This document shows, piece after piece, positions 54,948-64,000 of a stretch of DNA of 64,000 bases. How positions within the stretch are numbered: position 1 is the first letter of the stretch; the number at the start of each line of letters is the position of its first letter. The position numbers were made by a program, and so were the translations under genes. This DNA comes from the human T2T-CHM13v2.0 reference genome, Homo sapiens: assembly GCF_009914755.1 (NCBI RefSeq), contig NC_060929.1. One strand, 5' to 3'. The notes beneath the pieces were generated by a model that searched no databases, was not told the origin of the DNA, and saw only the letters and a list, made by a program, of their open reading frames with translations.

Positions 54948-56015
54948 GCTTCGTGTAACTGAATTAAATATAGTTTAATTAAATTTAAAAAATAAATTAC
55001 CCTTACCACTAATAACTTTAAGCTTTAGGCTGCATTTGAATTGGAAAAGAATTTGAATAAATGGCTTAAGAGCTCTAGTGAGGTATGAGCTTAATTTGCA
55101 TTATATGTAACTTACCTCTTTTCAATAAATGCTTAGATGGAAGACAGAATGAAAAAGATAAGAGGCTCTAAAAATCACATTTAAAATTTATTTAATTAAA
55201 AGGGTGTTTTGCATGATTGGCAATTGAACAAAAACATGACTACTGGCTGAAGAAAAAATGTTCAATGATATTATATAATTAAATAATAAATATTTAAAAC
55301 TATTATTTTCCTAGAGGTCATATAATTTCATTGTAATTCAATATAACCACTAGGAATACTGTTGCTAAGCCTAAAAAATACATTCTAAGGGTCTAATTTA
55401 TGGGGTTAAAGTTGAATGACAGGTACTGAAATCAGAAGTATAATCTTACCACTTCATCTATTTCATCCGCTATTTTTGCTTTTTTGAATTTTCAGTAGTA
55501 GGATGATTTTTTATCTTGTTTCTTGGCAAGCAAATTTTTACAAGGCAAATAGGATCCAACAACAACTTCTTAGGAATTGTTACACTTCTTCTTAAAATAA
55601 ATTTATGTAAGTAAGGAATACAAAAATAAGTAACTTGTTCTCTTATATGAATGTAGGTAATATTATAGTGTTAGATAATACACACAAAAGTGTTCACTAA
55701 TTGACACTGGTAGCATACAAATTGTAAAGATGGAATCTATGCCTATCTATCCAAGTGTCCTATCATGTGATCCAAATTGATCAGTTGGTTTACAACATGC
55801 AGTAGATGGTATCTATAAACTATAAAAGACCAAATATTTTTAAACAAAATTACTAAAAATGTTGCCTCTAGAAAGCTTAATAGACCTCATCTCAGGAAAA
55901 CCAGGCATTTAAGAGTCTTTGATAGATATTTTTGCCATAAAGATTGGTCTATAATGAGATTACAAAAAATAGGCAAATTCAAACTTCTTAATTAAAATAA
56001 AAGAGGAGGAAACTA

Positions 56016-56074
56016 ACACACACACACACACATACACACACACACACACCCAGGCACACATGTACAAACACACA
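56016..56074. repeat. Interrupted (CA)n microsatellite
   Basis: Visible repeat. Confidence 0.9.
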
Positions 56075-57779
56075 ACCTGAAACCAAAGAGAGACATGGAA
56101 AGAAGGAAAAGGTGTAATACTTTCTCATAGATGTGTCACAGAATCAGAACACGTAGCAACATTTAATATAGTCAACCTTTTTCATAAATTAAGAATCACT
56201 AAATTGTAATGATGTTCTTTACTAGATTGCCCCCAACACAGAAGTATTAAAATCATGCTGATGACATCAATAAAGCATGGGAACCCAAACTTGAGAGAAA
56301 TTCAGCTTTGAGAAATTATCCACATTGTTCCAATTACAATATCTATAAGCAAGTGATTTTAATTTAGGCCTACATATAACAAAGGTTTCCATTTTGTAAT
56401 ACACAGATGGTGAGAGAAAAATGGGGCATCATTACTGATTTAGTTTTTAAGGACTTCAAAGGTCTAATTTTATTTACAATTGTGTTTTATTCAAATTATG
56501 GCTTAAATATCCATTCCAGAATTTCAGGAGAATCATTTATATTAATCATATTAAATATTAAAAGAGACACATTAAAATTATTTAAAATTATATTACCTGG
56601 GCTAATTTGATTATGTAAATATAAGTTACTTCAAATCATCTTATGTATGCATAATTAGTCTTAAAACTATAAAGTCCTAATAAATGCTATTTTTAATAAT
56701 GCTGCACACCATTTATTTTAATTCTATTACTTTATATATCAACAAAGTAAAATATCATTTTAATATGGTACATAGAGCTAACAGAAAATATCTAGATAGC
56801 TGAAGTTAAAACTACTCTTAAAGAATGTAACTAGCTTATATTAATATATTTATGATATGGGTGGTTATCTGGTTAACAATAGCAAAAAAATTACAGGTAA
56901 GTTCAGCAATTGAACAAATGGTTTCTAAATACCTAAACTTTTCCTGGCATATTTCCAAACATAGAGCAGAAATAACATTAAATATCCATTATGAGTAAAC
57001 TGACTACTCTTCAGGATATTTTCAGTCATGAGGTTTCTGTTTGAATCATGTTTTTAACTAAAAACATCTTATATCTTGGGATGTATATGAAAGCTATTCT
57101 GTCAAAAGATAGAAAGTGTTATGAAAGGAATGTGATTTACACATGAATTATAAAAGGCTAGTAATCTAATAAGACTACATTTGGCAGTGTGTGTCCATTA
57201 CTGTTCAGGATAGAAAGTGACCAGACTCATGGAAATGGGTCTCTAGGCTATGTAGCAGACCCACCAGTATAAAGATGGATACATCAATGTTCATGGCTTG
57301 AGGAAATTAATCATAAAGACTATACGACTTGCTTCTTGTTATGATTACCTAGTATGAAGCAATATTCTGATTTTAATTTGACTTCCCATATAACTGCCTA
57401 CAGGGAGTGACTATGAACTCAAGTATGGCATTATAGATTCTATTTTAAATTAATGCATTGGTATTCCGATTTTAATACATCAGTCTCTCAGGGCTTGTTT
57501 AAAGTAATTTTTCCCCAAATTATTAATCCACTGCACAAATGATGATAAATGAAATTTCTAAATCCGAGATTTAAGAACCAGGCCCTCATTTTGTCAAGGC
57601 AGTGCTACACTATGGGACCCTTAGAAATGCTCAGATAGACTTGAAGATCACTGTAAAAATTCTCTTCACACTGCAAAAAAGTCCACTTTCACATTCACTA
57701 TAAGCAGGAAAAATCAGAAGCAGAAAAATATTAGAAAATGTCTGGCTTACTATTTTATTAATAAAGTTGGGGCTAAAAA

Positions 57780-57990
57780 AATGACCTTGCATTGTGTGTT
57801 AGTAGAAAACAGAAGAGGCAGGAAGTTGGCTTCTGACTTATTTGCACCTGCCAAATCTCACTTCGGTGCTTGTAACTGGCAAAACTTAATGCATATCTAA
57901 AATTCTGCTGCATGGGATTCTAGGAAACATAGTCTGTATCTTCCAGGCTCTGAAGTGGAGGAAGCATTATAGGAGGGTGTAATGGAGTTT
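57780..57990 (-). mobile_element. Old ERVL LTR fragment (LTR33-like)
   Basis: GCTGCATGGGATTCTAGGAAACATAGTC...TTCCAGGCTCTG motif. Confidence 0.45.
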
Positions 57991-58009
57991 GAGGTATGCC
58001 ATATGTCCC

Positions 58010-58370
58010 AGAAATTTTTGTAAACGTTCCAGAGAAATGTTCTTATATTTTCTCGGAGTAAGATGTGTGGAGATGTTTACCATGGAATTATTTGTGATAG
58101 TGAGTTGAAACACATCTAGGTCTCATCAGTAGAGGAAAGGAAATGCAGCATATGGTGGATACATACTAGAGTCTACTATGTAGCAGAAAGAAGCAGCACG
58201 CTACACATGTATAGTATATAAATAGGTCAAGAAAGGTAAATACAAAAAGCACTGTTGAAAGAGAGCAACAACTACATGAGATACCTTGCAAAAATAGCAT
58301 TTATGTAAATTTGAAGCACTATAAACTAAACAGTGTTTATTTTATAATATGCACAAATTATTAAAACACT
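58010..58370 (+). mobile_element. Ancient L1ME/HAL1-like 3' fragment
   Basis: GATGTTTACCATGGAATTATTTGTGATAG...TATGGTGGATACATACTAGAGTCTACTATGTAGCAG. Confidence 0.5.
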
Positions 58371-58379
58371 TGTATTAAT

Positions 58380-61300
58380 GTAGTCACCTGTGGGAGTGCC
58401 TCTCATTGCCAAGTCCAACCTGGAAATAATAGACAGAAGGGATTTCTGAATATCCTGCCTCCTTCTCTGTGATAGAGTATGTCACTTAAATCATGCAAGC
58501 CCGCATAGTCCACCAATTGTCAATTTAGCATACATATACATGCCCCTTAAAATCATATTTAAGCTTTCAGGAAAGGCAACTTTATTCCTAATACAATATA
58601 ACTATTCTTAGTACAGCCAAAGACCTACCTTCTTTTGCCTCAAAATGCATCTTTATGCATCTCCGACTTCTAAACCATTTATTTTCTGGTTTATATCAGT
58701 TTCTCTTCATATTTTAGCATGTTCTGAATTATAGTGTAGACACTGCAATTCATGAATTTGTGTATATACAACTGTATACATGTCAAGTAAGGAAGACAAT
58801 ATTCATGGCTGTTATACTACATTCTGCAGTATGTAGTTGTTTTTGGATTTATATTTTCTCCTTTTCACCATCAATTTCATGTTTTTGTTTCCTTGAGCAT
58901 CTGCATTTACTATTATTCTTTACTTGGTGGGATAATTGGAAGGATCTGAATCAACAGTTTCTGTCTTTATTGGGTCCAAAAGTGTCTATACAAATATTGG
59001 TTCTGAATGGTATTTGGGTGAGTATCCTCTGAAGTGCCTTTTACTATTTTCTCATCAAATTAAAATTAGCAGAAAACTGCAGATCCAATAGTCTATCCAT
59101 GCTATTACTAGCTGAACTCTTTGAATGGCTCAGTTCTTCAAAGGAACCAGCTAGCTACAATTTTGTGGATAATTTTGTCATATAAGAAGTGCAGCACTGA
59201 TCTCTACTGTTGGCAGGTTTTGTTTTGTTTTGTTTTGCTTTGTTGTATTTTAACAACCCAGTAGTAGTTGCTGCTAGAATATCTTTGGTGAAAATTAAAG
59301 CATGCTGGTGTGATCATGAATCATATTCACCTTTGCTACGATAACAGTTTATTCATAAGCTCCTTATTCAAGAACTGAATAGTAAAGGAGAATGACTGAC
59401 ATCAACAGAAAAGGTTGTTTCCACCTGATCAATGAGAGATTCCTCTGCAGTGAAATTCCCCTGGAGAATGTTCATGTGGGACATCAAAATTATATTCTGT
59501 GTCTTTTTAGAGGCCAAACACATATTTTTAACCCAGATTTCCAACTTTTAAAGTATGTTTATTCAAGTTTTTGACTAATCAGCCAAACCACTATCAATTG
59601 CTTATAAATCAGTGTAGATCCATATATCTCTCATTTCTCCTTCCAGACATAACAACCAACCAAATGCACTGCTTTGTTTTCACTAGGATTATACCCTTTC
59701 TTTACTGACAAGCTATGCTGCTTCAGCCACCAACTCTTGAATGGTGACAAACTATCATGTGATAGTTTTTTTTTCAATCCATTTGACATAGGTAATTGCC
59801 TATGTGGCCACAGGCGGGGGATGCAAATGTTTTATCAATATAGCAGGAGTGGTGTCAATGAAATCTCAGCTCCATTTCATGTAAGTTATGTGTGACCTTA
59901 GAACCTATTCTAAAGCTATCTCAATCACTTCAATGTGATAGCTGTATACTTTTTTTGCATGCTCAAATTTATGATTTGATGGGTCAAATGATATAAACAG
60001 TATCTGAGGATGCATGGTACCTTTATGTTTGTTTATGTCTGGGGTATTAACAAAAAGGAGAGTTCTCTGATGAAGAGGGCATTGCTTTTCCCCAAAACCC
60101 TAAGGGGATGCACATTAATTTTCCCATTGGGGAATGCCAGAATTCCCATACATCATCTCTAGCAGTTGTAGAAATTTCAAGGACCATTGGCTCTGTGGGA
60201 TCGTATTACCAAGTGATAGAACGCCTTTCTTAGCAGGGTAGACTTTCATTAATGCCTTTTATTTCTCCTTATGGTTGGTTCAGTAATTATTATTGAATTA
60301 AAGTAACTCACTCAATCAAATACGTAGTACAAGTAACTTCCAGAACTCAAAGAGATCCACTAAGTATGGCTCCTCCTTTTTATTGTTAGAGGACACAAGT
60401 TTTAACATATTATCTTTCAATGTCATGTATATCTTAAAATGTCCCAAACCACTAGATTGTTATAAACTCCACTGACGTGACAGGCCCTTTAACCTTGGGA
60501 GACTATGTTGCCCACCCTCTGGCATAGATAAATATTATTAAGGCTCCTAAGATATTTTATTTTTCTTTCTCACTAACTCCAATCAGCATGAAGTCAGCAA
60601 TACAGTGAGGCAGAATGAGACCTTTTTGAGTAATGGAAAGACAATTAGGATGTGTATATCATAACAGAAGTGGGGAGCTGATACTGCTCTATGCTAAGAT
60701 TAAAAAAGAAAAAGAAACAGCATTCTCAAGATTAATAAAAGCATACCAGGTACCATTATAGGTATTAACTTGCTCTTGTTTTCTTTTAAGGCTGAAATCT
60801 GAAAATCTAGTTGTAATTCTTCAAGATCAATATTTCTTCTGCACAGGCCAAATATAAATTTGAATGAGAAGGTGAATGTAATCTCCACCCTTGTATCTTT
60901 CAAGTCTTTGATTGTGACACTAATCTCTTCAGGTATTCCACAATGTGTTATTACTTTTGATTTATTCTTTTCATTGGGAAAGGGAGTTCCAGGGATTTGT
61001 GTTTGGCCTTTTTCATCCTGATAAGTCCTCACTCCATTTATCATAAACTAATGTGGGGATTTTGACAGTTGTGGAATTTAGCTGTTCATATCCTGTATCT
61101 AAGAAGTGGGTTTCAAGTAAGTGATGGGACATACCAAGCACACTATGAAATGTACTGAGACAAAATCTCCATTCATCACCTCACTATCAATAGCTCTTAC
61201 TCTTACTGAGGAGCCAGAGTAGTGTTTCTGGTCTCAAGGAATTAATATCAGTTCAGAGGCAGTGCCAAGTAGTCTCTACAAAGTTTTTACTTTTTCCTTT

Positions 61301-61500
61301 TCCCAAAGCAAATTTACTCTGGTAAATTGTCTCATATTCTCTTGGGGAAGACTAGGTGGAAGTGTTATACTTGGTAATTGTGTCAGAATTTTAAGGGCAT
61401 TGCTTAAGGTGCTCTTGCCTCCCTTTCAGGGAGATCTGGTTTCCAATTGGCTCAGGTCTGGGAATTAAAGTGAGGGTCCATAACTCTCATTCCAATGTCA
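58380..61500 (-). mobile_element. Ancient ERV-L internal region (gag end, pro, pol) with an LTR remnant at the left
   Basis: Reverse PPT-like GTCCACCAATTGTCAA at about 58508; ORF 60700-61044 EEISVTIKDLKD matches ERV-L RT AEISATIKDLKD; GTWYAFINLENA at about 60720-60755; degenerate YIDD region (HCIADFMLI) at about 60581-60607. Confidence 0.8.
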
Positions 61501-61779
61501 AAGAGGCCATTACTAACTTCAAATATAATCAGGATAGAGAGTCAATTCCAGATTTTTATTTTTGAACTTCTCTCTGAAATCATTTCTGCTAGCTAAAGGC
61601 ATAACACTTTTGTAACTGAAATGACTCAAAAGTTGGTAATGATGCTGTGTTAATATCAAACAATTTATTACAAATATAAAATATTGTCTAGAACAACATC
61701 TAATCTGTATGAACATATGAAATAATTATTTTTCCATTTTTCGATATATTTGTTCTTTCACAGAACTGACCAACTCATA

Positions 61780-61868
61780 TTCTTACCATTGAATTCCTTT
61801 AGAATAAACACTCTAAGAGAAGAGGAACCTTTCATTTTTGTGGTCTAGCATAGTGCCTGTTAGTAGTA
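61780..61868 (+). mobile_element. L2 3' terminus
   Basis: TAGAATAAACACTCTAAGAGAAGAGGAACC...TCTAGCATAGTGCCTGTTAGTAG. Confidence 0.55.
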
Positions 61869-64000
61869 TGTATGTGTGTATATGTGTGTAAATATATGTA
61901 ATCACATGAAATTATATCTGTGTAAAATTCTAATTATTAGAATATATTTTCTTATACTGAGCTGTAAGTCTTGGCAACACACAAAGTAAGTTCAATCACC
62001 TCTTCTGATGTCATTTTTTATATGTTTAAAGATCTGCCTACATGGATCTACTTTGCTGCAGGCTAAATGTCCCAGTACCTTGGAAACATATCTCAAAAGA
62101 TATGACTCCAAATCACCATTCTACTCTTCTGGTCATTTTTCTCTAACTAAGCCAACATTTGTGTTTGCCCATACCTCTCGATTCAGGGTGTCTGGGACTA
62201 AAAGGGATATTTCTAAATTATTTCAAGCAGCGTGTTTTTATTATTTACTCTGTTCTAAATGATACAGATACATTTCTAAATATATAACACATAATTTTAT
62301 TTATATACTTATAAATATAGCTAGTTCTAAATATTTCTATTTCTTTTCTTAATGATTCATAGCTTGGCAACCATTTATATAGTTTTTTATAAAATATCAC
62401 ATGTACTGTCATTTAAAATACATAAACATGTTTCAGAAGTATTGTAACTGAGCCACACATACCCATTTCCGTGTATTTGTTATTGGCTTTATGATTTAAG
62501 TATATAAGAATTCATACTTGAGAATTTATCCTTATTAAAGCATTCTCTTCTGCGACAAGTGTGGCAATGAATTTTGAGCTAGAAGACCTTCACAGTCAGT
62601 CTATTGTAGCATTCAGATTTTCTTTAGCACTTAGATTCTTGGTGGGCAAAAATGAGCGAAGAATGCTATCAGCATTCATAACCCATGATAACAAATGAAG
62701 CAATGGCTGACCCTGTCTATTTTGAAGAACTGTGCACAATGTAATTCTCATGACAGCAAACGAAACTCAGGAAAAAAATCAACTTAAAATTCACAGGGGA
62801 GCAAAGGAGGCTTATAACAAAGAAGCTAGGCTTTATCAAATGGAGTTTTGAAGAGAAACAGGGAACAAGACTTTGCCCATTACAGTAAATTTTATACAAT
62901 CATATAACCAGAAATTATTTGAGATAAAATAAGGGCTTGGGACATGGGAAATATTTTGGCTTATAAGTCTTGTTGGGAAAGAAATCCATAGTCTTAGGAA
63001 GGCAGAGTTTTGTGATAAAACATGTACTGTACATGACCATTACATTTTATAAATATTTGTGTTTTACTAAATTATGGGCCCTGTTCTCATTCAAGCAAGG
63101 CATTTATTTTCCACCAATTTAAAAGTTTGTTTAAAAAATTACACCTAAATGTACTTGCTACACTGCAAGTTTTCTTTTAGTCAAAAGAAAGAACAAGCTT
63201 ACATTTCCATTGAGAACACTGCAAGTGATGATGAAGCATTTGGAGGATACACTCATCACATGGCAATACTTACAAGATTCATATATGGGTCTTTGGTGTA
63301 CCATGAAGATAAATAGCCAAGAAAGTTATGAGAAAGATAACGGCTTGAGTGTTGGGTTAAGAGCAATGTTCAAAGACTATAGGTTGGTGATTTATTGTTT
63401 TAATAACAGTTGATGATTTGTCAACTCTTTTAAAGGGCACTTCTTTCATAAAATATGGCAGATTGAAACCATGAAATTCTATGCTTCCCAAATACACAGA
63501 ACTCCCACTTATGCCCTTGATGCAATGACAGTTTTCCAGAGAAAGTTTTATTTTCTATAGCCTGAATATACTCTGATGCCTATACTTCCACAAAGTAACC
63601 AATTTAAGTTTAGCTTAGTTATTAGCTAAACTTCTCAAAGCTCTTAGGATAGCTGAGTTAAAGCCTTCCTAGAAGCAGCAAATATGATTTCAATGATATT
63701 TCCAACCTGAGAGATGAACTGGGTATATTCATCCAGGGTTCTCAGATAATTAGCATTCTCAAACACTAGTAAGGAAGGTTAGAATGATAATCTGAAATTC
63801 TGTTTTACATGTAAGTGTAAACATAAAGGGAAGAAAGATGCACTATTATATATCTCATTCCAAAATTATTTCAGATCAAATTAATCACTTTTTATATGTT
63901 GGAAATATGTATATAAAAATTAAAATGTAATATGCCATAAAATAATAGAATTTACGAAGTAATTGGCAGGTATAAAAGTACAAACTGCTTTTAAAAAATA

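Overview
AT-rich primate (most likely human or great-ape) genomic DNA from a gene desert or large intron. I find no supported protein-coding exon, RNA gene or CRISPR array. The listed ORFs are transposon remnants, microsatellite artefacts or chance frames. Roughly half of the window is transposable elements. L1s: old L1M/L1MB, an L1PA15-like copy, a 4.2-kb L1PA7-like copy with an internal templated duplication, and a 5'-inverted L1PA3-like copy with a perfect 14-bp TSD. SINEs and other old LINEs: seven Alus, a FLAM, and MIR/L2/L3 fragments. LTR elements: a MER39 solo LTR, two deleted HERV-L/MLT2A proviruses, an ERV1 gag fragment missed by the ORF track, an MSTB2-like provirus and an old ERV-L pol. 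DNA transposons: a near full-length Tigger4 (Zombi) and a Tigger3b. Subfamily names come from remembered consensus sequences and need RepeatMasker/Dfam confirmation. I see no convincing new biological system. The best leads are two LTRs that look converted to read-through, splice-out promoters (MER39 and the second MLT2A), a patchwork ERV junction, and several template-switch scars.
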